DNA of 64,000 nt, from the NCBI RefSeq assembly GCF_009914755.1, contig NC_060944.1; one strand, given 5' to 3'. This DNA comes from the human T2T-CHM13v2.0 reference genome, Homo sapiens. The notes beneath the pieces are model-generated. The model was given only the letters and a program-made list of their open reading frames with translations, ran no database searches and was not told the DNA's origin. The position numbers were made by a program, and so were the translations under genes. The first letter of the stretch is position 1, and each line of letters begins with the position of its first letter. This document shows positions 51,701-64,000 of the stretch, in pieces.

Positions 51701-54700
51701 TCGTGGAATCTGCAAGTGGATATTTGGCTAGCTTTGAGGATTTCGTTGGAAACGGGATTACATATAAAAAGGAGACAGCAGCATTCTCAGAAACTACTTT
51801 GTGATGTCTGAATTCAAGTCACAGAGTTGAGCATTCCCTTTCATGGAGCAGGTTTGAAACACTCTTTTTGTAGTATCTGGATGAGGACATTTGGAGCGCT
51901 TTCAGGCGTATGGTGAAAAAGGAAATATCTTCCCGTAAAAACTAGACAGAAGCATTCTCAGAAATTTATTTGTGATGTGTGCCCTCAACTAACAGAGTTG
52001 AACCTTTCTTTTGATAGAGCAGTTTTGAAACACTCTTTTTGTAAAATCTGCAAGAGGATATTTGGATGGCTTTGAGGATTTCGTTGCAAACGGGAATGGC
52101 TTCATATAAACTCTAGACAGAAGCATTCTCAGAAACTTCGTTGGGATGTTTCGATTGAAGTCCCAGTGTTGAACATTCCCTTTTATAGAGCAGATTGGAA
52201 ACACTCTTTTTGCATTCCCTGGATGTGGACATTTGGAGCGCTTTCAGGACGACGGTGAAAATGGAAATATCTTCCAATAAAATCTAGATAGAAGCAATGT
52301 CAGAAACTTTTATGTGATGGATCTACTCAGCTAACAGAGTTGAAGCTTTCTTTTGAGAGAGCAGTTTTGCAACACTCTTTTTGTGGAATATGCAAGTGGA
52401 TATTAGGGCAGCTTTGAGGATTTCGTTGGAAACGGGAATACATGTAAAAAGCAGACAGCAGCATTCTCAGAAACTTCTTTGTGATGTTTTCATTGAAGTC
52501 ACAGAGTTGAACATTCCCTTTGAGAGAGCAGGTTTGAAACACGCCTTTTGTCATATCTGGAAGTGTCCATTCGGAGCGCATTCAGACTTGTGTTGAAAAA
52601 GGAAATATCCTCCCATAAAAACTAGACAGAAGCATTCTCAGAAACTTATTTGTGATGTATGTACTCAACTAACAGAACTAAACCATCGTTTTGAAGGAGC
52701 AGTTTTGAAACACTCTTTCTGCGGAATCTGCAACTGGATATTTGGCTAGCTTGGAGGATTTCGTTGGAAACGGGATTACATACAAAAAGCAGACAGCAGC
52801 ATTCTCAGAAACTTCTTTGTGATGTTTGCATTCAAGTCGCAGAGTTGAACATTCCCTTTCATAGAGCAGGTTTGAAACACTCTTTTTGTAGTATCTGGAT
52901 GTGGACATTTGGATCGCTTTCAGGCCTATGGTGAAAAAGGAAATATCTTCCCATGAAAACTAGACAGAAGCATTCTCAGAAACTTATTTGTGATGTGTGC
53001 CCTCAACTGACAGTGTTGAACCTTTGTTTTGATAGAGCAGTTCTGAAACACACTTTTTGTAAAATCTGCAAGAGGATATTTGGATAGCTTTGAGGATTTC
53101 GTTGGAAACGGGAATGTCTTCATGTAAACTCTAGACAGAAGCATTCTCAGAAACTGCTTTGGGATGTTTCAATTGAAGTCCCAGTGTTGAACATTCCCTT
53201 TCATAGAGCCGGTTTGAAACACTCTTTTTGTAGTATCTGGAAGTGGACATTTGCAGCGCTTTCAGGTCTACGGTGAAAAAGGAGATATCTTCCAATAAAA
53301 ACTAGATAGAAGCAATGTCAGAACTTTTTTCATGATGTATCTACTCAGCAAACAGACTTGAACCTTTCTTTTGACAGAGCAGTTTTGAAACACTCTTTTT
53401 TTGGAATATGCAAGTGGGTATTAGGCCAGCTTGGAGGATTTCGTTGGAAACGGGAATACGTATAAAAAGCAGACAGCAGCATTGTCAGAAACTACTTTGT
53501 GATGTTTGCATTCAAGTCACAGAATTGAACACTCCCTTTCACAGAGCAGGTTTGAAACACTCTTTTTGTAGTGTCTGTAAGTGAACATTTGGATTGCTTT
53601 CAGGCCTAAGGTGAAAAAGGAAATATCTTCCCATAAAAACTAGACAGAAGCATTCTCAGAAACTTGTTTGTGATGTGTGCCCTCTACTGACAGAGTTGAA
53701 CCTTTCTTTGCAAAGAGCAGTTTTGAAACACCCTTTTTGTAGAATCTGCAAGAGGATATTTGGATAGCTTTGAGGATTTCTTGGGAAATGGGAATGTCTT
53801 CAGATAAACTCTAGACAGAAGCATTCTCAGAAACTTCTTTGGGATGTTTCAATTGAAGTCACAGTGTTGAACATTCCCTTTCACAGAGCAGGTTTGAAAC
53901 ACTGTTTTTGTAGTGTCTATAAGTGAACATTTGGCGTGCTTTCAGGCCTAACGTGAAAAAGGAAATATCTTCCCATAAGAACTAGACAGAAGCATTCTCA
54001 GAAACTTGTTTGTGATGTGTGCCCTCTACTGACAGAGTTGAACCTTTCCTTGCAAAGAGCAGCTTTGACACACTCTTTTTGTAGAATCTGCAAGAGGCTA
54101 TTTGGATAGCTTTGAGGATTTCGTTGGAAACGGGTATGTCTTCAGATAAACCCTAGACAGAAGCATTCTCAGAAACTTCTTTGGGATGTTGCATTGAAGT
54201 CACAGAGTAGAACATTCCCATTCATAGAGCAGATTTGAAACACTCTTTTTGTAGTATCTGAAAGTGGACATTTGGAGCTCTTTCAGGCCTATGATGAAAA
54301 AGGAAATATCTTCCCATAAAAACTAGACGGAAGCATTCTCAGAAACTTACTTGTGATGTGTTTGCTCCACTAACAGAATTGAACCATCGTTTTGAAGGAG
54401 CAGTTTTGAAACACTGTTTTCGTGGAATCTGCAAGTGGATATTTGGCTAGCTTTGAGGATTTCGTTGGAAACGGGATTACATATAAAAAGGAGACAGCAG
54501 CATTCTCAGAAACTTCTTTGTGATGTCTGCATTCAAGTCACAGAGTTGAGCATTCCCTTTCATGGAGCAGGTTTGAAACACTCTTTTTGTAGTATCTGGA
54601 TGAGGACATTTGGAGCGCTTTCAGGCGTATGGTGAAAAAGGAAATATCTTCCCGTAAAAACTAGACAGAAGCATTCTCAGAAATTTATTTGTGATGTGTG

Positions 54701-57700
54701 CCCTCAACTAACAGAGTTGAACCTTTCTTTTGATAGAGCAGTTTTGAAACACTCTTTTTGTAAAATCTGCAAGAGGATATTTGGATGGCTTTGAGGATTT
54801 CGTTGCAAACGGGAATGGCTTCATATAAACTCTAGACAGAAGCATTCTCAGAAACTTCGTTGGGATGTTTCGATTGAAGTCCCAGTGTTGAACATTCCCT
54901 TTTATAGAGCAGATTGGAAACACTCTTTTTGCATTCCCTGGATGTGGACATTTGGAGCGCTTTCAGGACGACGGTGAAAATGGAAATATCTTCCAATAAA
55001 ATCTAGATAGAAGCAATGTCAGAAACTTTTCTGTGATGGATCTACTCAGCTAACAGAGTTGAACCTTTCTTTTGAGAGAGCAGTTTTGCAACACTCTTTT
55101 TGTGGAATATGCAAGTGGATATTAGGGCAGCTTTGAGGATTTCGTTGGAAACGTGAATACATGTAAAAAGCAGACAGCAGCATTCTCAGAAACTTCTTTG
55201 TGACGTTTGCATTGAAGTCACAGAGTTGAACATTCCCTTTGAGAGAGCAGGTTTGAAACACGCCTTTTGTCATATCTGGAAGTGTCCATTCGGAGCGCAT
55301 TCAGGTTTGTGTTGAAAAAGGAAATATCCTCCCATAAAAACTAGACAGAAGCATTCTCAGAAACTTATTTGTGATGTATGTACTCAACTAACAGAACTAA
55401 ACCATCGTTTTGAAGGAGCAGTTTTGAAACACCCTTTTTGCGGAATCTGCAACTGGATATTTGGCTACCTTGGAGGATTTCGTTGGAAACGGGATTACAT
55501 ACAAAAAGCAGACAGCAGCATTCTCAGAAACTTCTTTGTGATGTTTGCATTCAAGTCGCAGAGTTGAACATTCCCTTTCATAGAGCAGGTTTGAAACACG
55601 CTTTTTGTAGTATCTGGATGTGGACATTTGGATCGCTTTCAGGCCTATGGTGAAAAAGGAAATATCTTCCCATGAAAACTAGACAGAAGCATTCTCAGAA
55701 ACTTATTTGTGATGTGTGCCCTCAACTGACAGTGTTGAACCTTTGTTTTGATAGAGCAGTTCTGAAACACACTTTTTGTAAAATCTGCAAGAGGATATTT
55801 GGATAGCTTTGAGGATTTCGTTGGAAACGGGAATGTCTTCATGTAAACTCTAGACAGAAGCATTCTCAGAAACTGCTTTGGGATGTTTCAATTGAAGTCC
55901 CAGTGTTGAACATTCCCTTTCATAGAGCAGGTTTGAAACACTCTTTTTGTAGTATCTGGAAGTGGACATTTGCAGCGCTTTCAGGTCTACGGTTAAAAAG
56001 GAGATATCTTCCAATAAAAACTAGATAGAAGCAATGTCAGAACTTTTTTCATGATGTATCTACTCAGCAAACAGAGTTGAACCTTTCTTTTGAGAGAGCA
56101 GTTTTGAAACACTCTTTTTGTGGAATATGCAAGTGGGTATTAGGCCAGCTTGGAGGATTTCGTTGGAAACGGGAATACGTATAAAAAGCAGACAGCAGCA
56201 TTGTCAGAAACTACTTTGTGATGTTTGCATTCAAGTCACAGAATTGAACACTCCCTTTCACACAGCAGGTTTGAAACACTCTTTTTGTAGTGTCTGTAAG
56301 TGAACATTTGGATTGCTTTCAGGCCTAAGGTGAAAAAGGAAATATCTTCCCATAAAAACTAGACAGAAGCATTCTCAGAAACTTGTTTGTGATGTGTGCC
56401 CTCTACTGACAGAGTTGAACCTTTCTTTGCAAAGAGCAGTTTTGAAACACTCTTTTTGTAGAATCTGCAAGAGGATATTTGGATAGCTTTGAGGATTTCT
56501 TGGGAAACGGGAATGTCTTCAGATAAACTCTAGACAGAAGCATTCTCAGAAACTTCTTTGGGATGTTTCAATTGAAGTCACAGTGTTGAACATTCCCTTT
56601 CACAGAGCAGGTTTGAAACACTCTTTTTGTAGTGTCTATAAGTGAACATTTGGCGTGCTTTCAGGCCTAACGTGAAAAAGGAAATATCTTCCCATAAAAA
56701 CTAGACAGAAGCATTCTCAGAAACTTGTTTGTGATGTGTGCCCTCTACTGACAGAGTTGAACCTTTCTTTGCAAAGAGCAGCTTTGAAACACTCTTTTTG
56801 TAGAATCTGCAAGAGGATATTTGGATAGCTTTGAGGATTTCGTTGGAAACGGGTATGTCTTCAGATAAACTCTAGACAGAAGCATTCTCAGAAACTTCTT
56901 TGGGATGTTGCATTCAAGTCACAGAGTAGAACATTCCCATTCATAGAGCAGATTTGAAACACTCTTTTTGTAGTATCTGGAAGTGGACATTTGGAGCGCT
57001 TTCAGGCCTATGTTGAAAAAGGAAATATCTTCCCATAAAAACCAGACGGAAGCATTTTCAGAAACTTACTTCTGATGTGTTTGCTCAACTAACAGAATTG
57101 AACCATCGTTTTGAAGGAGCAGTTTTGAAACACTGTTTTCGTGGAATCTGCAAGTGGATATTTGGCTAGCTTTGAGGATTTCGTTGGAAACGGGATTACC
57201 TATAAAAAGGAGACAGCAGCAGCATTCTCAGAAACTTCTTTGTGATGTCTGCATTCAAGTCACAGAGTTGAGCATTCCCTTTCATAGAGCAGGTTGGAAA
57301 CACTCTTTTTGTAGTATCTGGATTAGGACATTTGGAGCGCTTTCAGGCGTATGGTGAAAAAGGAAATATCTTCCCGTAAAAACTAGACAGAAGCATTCTC
57401 AGAAATTTATTTGTGATGTGTGCCCTCAACTAACAGAGTTGAACCTTTCTTTTGATAGAGCAGTTTTGAAACACTCTTTTTGTAAAATCTGCAAGAGGAT
57501 ATTTGGATAGATTTGAGGATTTCGTTGCAAACGGGAATGGCTTCATATAAACTCTAGACAGAAGCATTCTCAGAAACTTCGTTGGGATGTTTCGATTGAA
57601 GTCCCAGTGTTGAACATTCCCTTTTATAGAGCAGGTTGGAAACACACTTTTTGCATTCTCTGGAAGTGGACATTTGGAGCGCATTCAGGACGACGGTGAA

Positions 57701-60700
57701 AATGGAAATATCTTCCAATAAAATCTAGATAGAAGCAATGTCAGAAACTTTTATGTGATGGATCTACTCAGCTAACAGAGTTGAACCTTTCTTTTGAGAG
57801 AGCAGTTTTGCAACACTCTTTTTGTGGAATATGCAAGTGGATATTAGGGCAGCTTTGAGGATTTCGTTGGAAACGGGAATACATGTAAAAAGCAGACAGC
57901 AGCATTCTCAGAAACTTCTTTGTGATGTTTTCATTGAAGTCACAGAGTTGAACATTCCCTTTGAGAGAGCAGGTTTGAAACACGCCTTTTGTCATATCTG
58001 GAAGTGTCCATTCGGAGCGCATTCAGGCTTGTGTTGAAAAAGGAAATATCCTCCCATAAAAACTAGACAGAAGCATTCTCAGAAACTTATTTGTGATGTA
58101 TGTACTCAACTAACAGAACTAAACCATCGTTTTGAAGGAGCAGTTTTGAAACACTCTTTCTGCGGAATCTGCAACTGGATATTTGGCTAGCTTGGAGGAT
58201 TTCGTTGGAAACGGGATTACATACAAAAAGCAGACAGCAGCATTCTCAGAAACTTCTGTGTGATGTTTGCATTCAAGTCGCAGAGTTGAACATTCCCTTT
58301 CATAGAGCAGGTTTGAAACACTCTTTTTGTAGTATCTGGATGTGGACATTTGGATCGCTTTCAGGCCTATGGTGAAAAAGGAAATATCTTCCCATGAAAA
58401 CTAGACAGAAGCATTCTCAGAAACTTATTTGTGATGTGTGCCCTCAACTGACAGTGTTGAACCTTTGTTTTGATAGAGCAGTTCTGAAACACACTTTTTG
58501 TAAAATCTGCAAGAGGATATTTGGATAGCTTTGAGGATTTCGTTGGAAACGGGAATGTCTTCATGTAAACTCTAGACAGAAGCATTCTCAGAAACTGCTT
58601 TGGGATGTTTCAATTGAAGTCCCAGTGTTGAACATTCCCTTTCATAGAGCCGGTTTGAAACACTCTTTTTGTAGTATCTGGAAGTGGACATTTGCAGCGC
58701 TTTCAGGTCTACGGTGAAAAAGGAGATATCTTCCAATAAAAACTAGATAGAAGCAATGTCAGAACTTTTTTCATGATGTATCTACTCAGCAAACAGACTT
58801 GAACCTTTCTTTTGACAGAGCAGTTTTGAAACACTCTTTTTTTGGAATATGCAAGTGGGTATTAGGCCAGCTTGGAGGATTTCGTTGGAAACGGGAATAC
58901 GTATAAAAAGCAGACAGCAGCATTGTCAGAAACTACTTTGTGATGTTTGCATTCAAGTCACAGAATTGAACACTCCCTTTCACAGAGCAGGTTTGAAACA
59001 CTCTTTTTGTAGTGTCTGTAAGTGAACATTTGGATTGCTTTCAGGCCTAAGGTGAAAAAGGAAATATCTTCCCATAAAAACTAGACAGAAGCATTCTCAG
59101 AAACTTGTTTGTGATGTGTGCCCTCTACTGACAGAGTTGAACCTTTCTTTGCAAAGAGCAGTTTTGAAACACCCTTTTTGTAGAATCTGCAAGAGGATAT
59201 TTGGATAGCTTTGAGGATTTCTTGGGAAATGGGAATGTCTTCAGATAAACTCTAGACAGAAGCATTCTCAGAAACTTCTTTGGGATGTTTCAATTGAAGT
59301 CACAGTGTTGAACATTCCCTTTCACAGAGCAGGTTTGAAACACTCTTTTTGTAGTGCCTATAAGTGAACATTTGGCGTGCTTTCAGGCCTAACGTGAAAA
59401 AGGAAATATCTTCCCATAAGAACTAGACAGAAGCATTCTCAGAAACTTGTTTGTGATGTTTGCCCTCTACTGACAGAGTTGAACCTTTCCTTGCAAAGAG
59501 CAGCTTTGACACACTCTTTTTGTAGAATCTGCAAGAAGCTATTTGGATAGCTTTGAGGATTTCGTTGGAAACGGGTATGTCTTCAGATAAACTCTAGACA
59601 GAAGCATTCTCAGAAACTTCTTTGAGATGTTGCATTCAAGTCACAGAGTAGAACATTCCCATTCATAGAGCAGAGTTGAAACACTCTTTTTGTAGTATCT
59701 GAAAGTGGACATTTGGAGTGCTTTCAGGCCTATGATGAAAAAGGAAATATCTTCCCATAAAAACTAGACGGAAGCATTCTCAGAAACTTACTTGTGATGT
59801 GTTTGCTCAACTAACAGAATTGAACCATCGTTTTGAAGGAGCAGTTTTGAAACACTGTTTTCGTGGAATCTGCAAGTGGATATTTGGCTAGCTTTGAGGA
59901 TTTCGTTGGAAACGGGATTACATATAAAAAGGAGACAGCAGCATTCTCAGAAACTTCTTTGTGATGTCTGCATTCAAGTCACAGAGTTGAGCATTCCCTT
60001 TCATGGAGCAGGTTTGAAACACTCTTTTTGTAGTATCTGGTGAGGACATTTGGAGCGCTTTCAGGCGTATGGTGAAAAAGGAAATATCTTCCCGTAAAAA
60101 CTAGACAGAAGCATTCTCAGAAATTTATTTGTGATGTGTGCCCTCAACTAACAGAGTTGAACCTTTCTTTTGATAGAGCAGTTTTGAAACACTCTTTTTG
60201 TAAAATCTGCAAGAGGATATTTGGATGGCTTTGAGGATTTCGTTGCAAACGGGAATGGCTTCATATAAACTCTAGACAGAAGCATTCTCAGAAACTTCGT
60301 TGGGATGTTTCGATTGAAGTCCCAGTGTTGAACATTCCCTTTTATAGCGCAGGTTGGAAACACTCTTTTTGCATTCCCTGGAAGTGGACATTTGGAGCGC
60401 TTTCAGGACGACGGTGAAAATGGAAATATCTTCCAATAAAATCTAGATAGAAGCAATGTCAGAAACTTTTATGTGATGGATCTACTCAGCTAACAGAGTT
60501 GAACCTTTCTTTTGAGAGAGCAGTTTTGCAACACTCTTTTTGTGGAATATGCAAGTGGATATTAGGGCAGCTTTGAGGATTTCGTTGGAAACGGGAATAC
60601 ATGTAAAAAGCAGACAGCAGCATTCTCAGAAACTTCTTTGTGATGTTTGCATTGAAGTCACAGAGTTGAACATTCCCTTTGAGAGAGCAGGTTTGAAACA

Positions 60701-63700
60701 CGCCTTTTGTCATATCTGGAAGTGTCCATTCGGAGCGCATTCAGGCTTGTGTTGAAAAAGGAAATATCCTCCCATAAAAACTAGACAGAAGCATTCTCAG
60801 AAACTTATTTGTGATGTATGTACTCAACTAACAGAACTAAACCATCGTTTTGAAGGAGCAGTTTTGAAACACCCTTTTTGCGGAATCTGCAACTGGATAT
60901 TTGGCTAGCTTGGAGGATTTCGTTGGAAACGGGATTACATACAAAAAGCAGACAGCAGCATTCTCAGAAACTTCTTTGTGATGTTTGCATTCAAGTCGCA
61001 GAGTTGAACATTCCCTTTCATAGAGCAGGTTTGAAACACTCTTTTTGTAGTATCTGGATGTGGACATTTGGATCGCTTTCAGGCCTATGGTGAAAAAGGA
61101 AATATCTTCCCATGAAAACTAGACAGAAGCATTCTCAGAAACTTATTTGTGATGTGTGCCCTCAACTGACAGTGTTGAACCTTTGTTTTGATAGAGCAGT
61201 TCTGAAACACACTTTTTGTAAAATCTGCAAGAGGATATTTGGATAGCTTTGAGGATTTCGTTGGAAACGGGAATGTCTTCATGTAAACTCTAGACAGAAG
61301 CATTCTCAGAAACTGCTTTGGGATGTTTCAATTGAAGTCCCAGTGTTGAACATTCCCTTTCATAGAGCAGGTTTGAAACACTCTTTTTGTAGTATCTGGA
61401 AGTGGACATTTGGAGCGCTTTCAGGTCTACGGTGAAAAAGGAGATATCTTCCAATAAAAACTAGATAGAAGCAATGTCAGAACTTTTTTCATGATGTATC
61501 TACTCAGCAAACAGAGTTGAAGCTTTCTTTTGAGAGAGCAGTTTTGAAACACTCTTTTTATGGAATATGCAAGTGGGTATTAGGCCAGCTTGGAGGATTT
61601 CGTTGGAAACGGGAATACGTATAAAAAGCAGACAGCAGCATTGTCAGAAACTACTTTGTGATGTTTGCATTCAAGTCACAGAATTGAACACTCCCTTTCA
61701 CAGAGCAGGTTTGAAACACTCTTTTTGTAGTGTCTGTAAGTGAACATTTGGATTGCTTTCAGGCCTAAGGTGAAAAAGGAAATATCTTCCCATAAAAACT
61801 AGACAGAAGCATTCTCAGAAACTTGTTTGTGATGTGTGCCCTCTACTGACAGAGTTGAACCTTTCTTTGCAAAGAGCAGTTTTGAAACACCCTTTTTGTA
61901 GAATCTGCAAGAGGATATTTGGATAGCTTTGAGGATTTCTTGGGAAACGGGAATGTCTTCAGATAAACTCTAGACAGAAGCATTCTCAGAAACTTCTTTG
62001 GGATGTTTCAATTGAAGTCACAGTGTTGAACATTCCCTTTCACAGAGCAGGTTTGAAACACTCTTTTTGTAGTGTCTATAAGTGAACATTTGGCGTGCTT
62101 TCAGGCCTAACGTGAAAAAGGAAATATCTTCCCATAAGAACTAGACAGAAGCATTCTCAGAAACTTGTTTGTGATGTGTGCCCTCTACTGACAGAGTTGA
62201 ACCTTTCCTTGCAAAGAGCAGCTTTGACACACTCTTTTTGTAGAATCTGCAAGAGGCTATTTGGATAGCTTTGAGGATTTCGTTGGAAACGGGTATGTCT
62301 TCAGATAAACTCTAGACAGAAGCATTCTCAGAAACTTCTTTGAGATGTTGCATTCAAGTCACAGAGTAGAACATTCCCATTCATAGAGCAGATTTGAAAC
62401 ACTCTTTTTGTAGTATCTGAAAGTGGACATTTGGAGCGCTTTCAGGCCTATGATGAAAAAGGAAATATCTTCCCATAAAAACTAGACGGAAGCATTCTCA
62501 GAAACTTACTTGTGATGTGTTTGCTCAACTAACAGAATTGAACCATCGTTTTGAAGGAGCAGTTTTGAAACACTGTTTTCGTGGAATCTGCAAGTGGATA
62601 TTTGGCTAGCTTTGAGGATTTCGTTGGAAACGGGATTACATATAAAAAGGAGACAGCAGCATTCTCAGAAACTTCTTTGTGATGTCTGCATTCAAGTCAC
62701 AGAGTTGAGCATTCCCTTTCATGGAGCAGGTTTGAAACACTCTTTTTGTAGTATCTGGATGAGGACATTTGGAGCGCTTTCAGGCGTATGGTGAAAAAGG
62801 AAATATCTTCCCGTAAAAACTAGACAGAAGCATTCTCAGAAATTTATTTGTGATGTGTGCCCTCAACTAACAGAGTTGAACCTTTCTTTTGATAGAGCAG
62901 TTTTGAAACACTCTTTTTGTAAAATCTGCAAGAGGATATTTGGATGGCTTTGAGGATTTCGTTGCAAACGGGAATGGCTTCATATAAATTCTAGACAGAA
63001 GCATTCTCAGAAACTTCGTTGGGATGTTTCGATTGAAGTCCCAGTGTTGAACATTCCCTTTTATAGCGCACGTTGGAAACACTCTTTTTGCATTCCCTGG
63101 AAGTGGACATTTGGAGCGCTTTCAGGACGACGGTGAAAATGGAAATATCTTCCAATAAAATCTAGATAGAAGCAATGTCAGAAACTTTTATGTGATGGAT
63201 CTACTCAGCTAACAGAGTTGAACCTTTCTTTTGAGAGAGCAGTTTTGCAACACTCTTTTTGTGGAATATGCAAATGGATATTAGGGCAGCTTTGAGGATT
63301 TCGTTGGAAACGGGAATACATGTAAAAAGCAGACAGCAGCATTCTCAGAAACTTCTTTGTGATGTTTGCATTGAAGTCACAGAGTTGAACATTCCCTTTG
63401 AGAGAGCAGGTTTGAAACACGCCTTTTGTCATATCTGGAAGTGTCCATTCGGAGCGCATTCAGGCTTGTGTTGAAAAAGGAAATATCCTCCCATAAAAAC
63501 TAGACAGAAGCATTCTCAGAAACTTATTTGTGATGTATGTACTCAACTAACAGAACTAAACCATCGTTTTCAAGGAGCAGTTTTGAAACACCCTTTTTGC
63601 GGAATCTGCAACTGGATATTTGGCTAGCTTGGAGGATTTCGTTGGAAACGGGATTACATACAAAAAGCAGACAGCAGCATTCTCAGAAACTTCTTTGTGA

Positions 63701-64000
63701 TGTTTGCATTCAAGTCGCAGAGTTGAACATTCCCTTTCATAGAGCAGGTTTGAAACACTCTTTTTGTAGTATCTGGATGTGGACATTTGGATCGCTTTCA
63801 GGCCTATGGTGAAAAAGGAAATATCTTCCCATGAAAACTAGACAGAAGCATTCTCAGAATCTTATTTGTGATGTGTGCCCTCAACTGACAGTGTTGAACC
63901 TTTGTTTTGATAGAGCAGTTCTGAAACACACTTTTTGTAAAATCTGCAAGAGGATATTTGGATAGCTTTGAGGATTTCGTTGGAAACGGGAATGTCTTCA
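42770..64000 (+). repeat. Seven full 16-mers (starts 42770, 45489, 48211, 50932, 53651, 56370, 59092; 2718-2722 bp) plus a partial copy from 61810
   Basis: M1-M16 occur in order. Length differences are explained by a CAG insertion and single-base deletions (about 50340 and 60040). Confidence 0.93.

Larger units (their letters stand above)
1..64000 (+). repeat. Centromeric alpha-satellite HOR array, SF2 dimeric type, 16-mer HOR; probably human chr20 D20Z2 / S2C20H1L
   Basis: CATTCTCAGAAA or a close variant recurs every 167-171 bp throughout. A-type monomers (..GTGAAAAAGGAAATATCTTCCC..) alternate with B-type monomers (..TTTCGTTGGAAACGGGA..). The ORF track repeats every 2717-2722 bp. Alpha-satellite identity is near certain. 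The chr20 assignment is inferred (about 0.75) because D17Z1, the other well-known 16-mer, is pentameric SF3. Confidence 0.98.

Noticed and set aside
880-63812. The 60-102 aa ORFs in the supplied track
   Set aside because: They recur with satellite periodicity on both strands, many start at GTG/TTG, they resemble no protein family I recognise, and they are freely broken by indels. They are useful only as period markers.
1-64000. CRISPR-like repeat-spacer reading of the conserved AGACAGAAGCATTCTCAGAAAC motif
   Set aside because: The intervening sequences are homologous satellite monomers, not unique spacers, and there are no cas genes.
1-64000. Assignment to D17Z1 (chr17), also a 2.7-kb 16-mer
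   Set aside because: D17Z1 is pentameric SF3. This array shows strict dimeric A/B alternation with SF2-like monomers.
1-64000. L1/Alu insertion, inversion or foreign DNA
   Set aside because: Every interval between unit starts is accounted for by monomer lengths. I saw no poly-A tail, target-site duplication or reverse-strand monomer.

Overview
The whole 64 kb window is one uninterrupted, head-to-tail, single-orientation alpha-satellite array of about 376 monomers of 167-171 bp. I see no genes, transposon insertions or inversions. Monomers alternate A-type (pJalpha site) and B-type (CENP-B box), as in suprachromosomal family 2 (D1/D2), and form a 16-monomer higher-order repeat (HOR) of 2717-2722 bp. 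An SF2 16-mer best fits the active human chromosome 20 array D20Z2 (S2C20H1L); this is inferred from family and HOR size, not from an alignment. Monomer numbering M1-M16 is my own, with M1 starting at the CATTCTCAG at position 96. There are three zones: near-identical 16-mers (1-21835), a rearranged zone with 14-, 13-, 10- and 5-mer variants, hybrid monomers and a twice-present out-of-register junction (21836-42769), and a second 16-mer block with different, mosaic haplotypes (42770-64000). All supplied ORFs are satellite artefacts. I found no novel protein-coding system; the interesting content is the record of HOR structural evolution.
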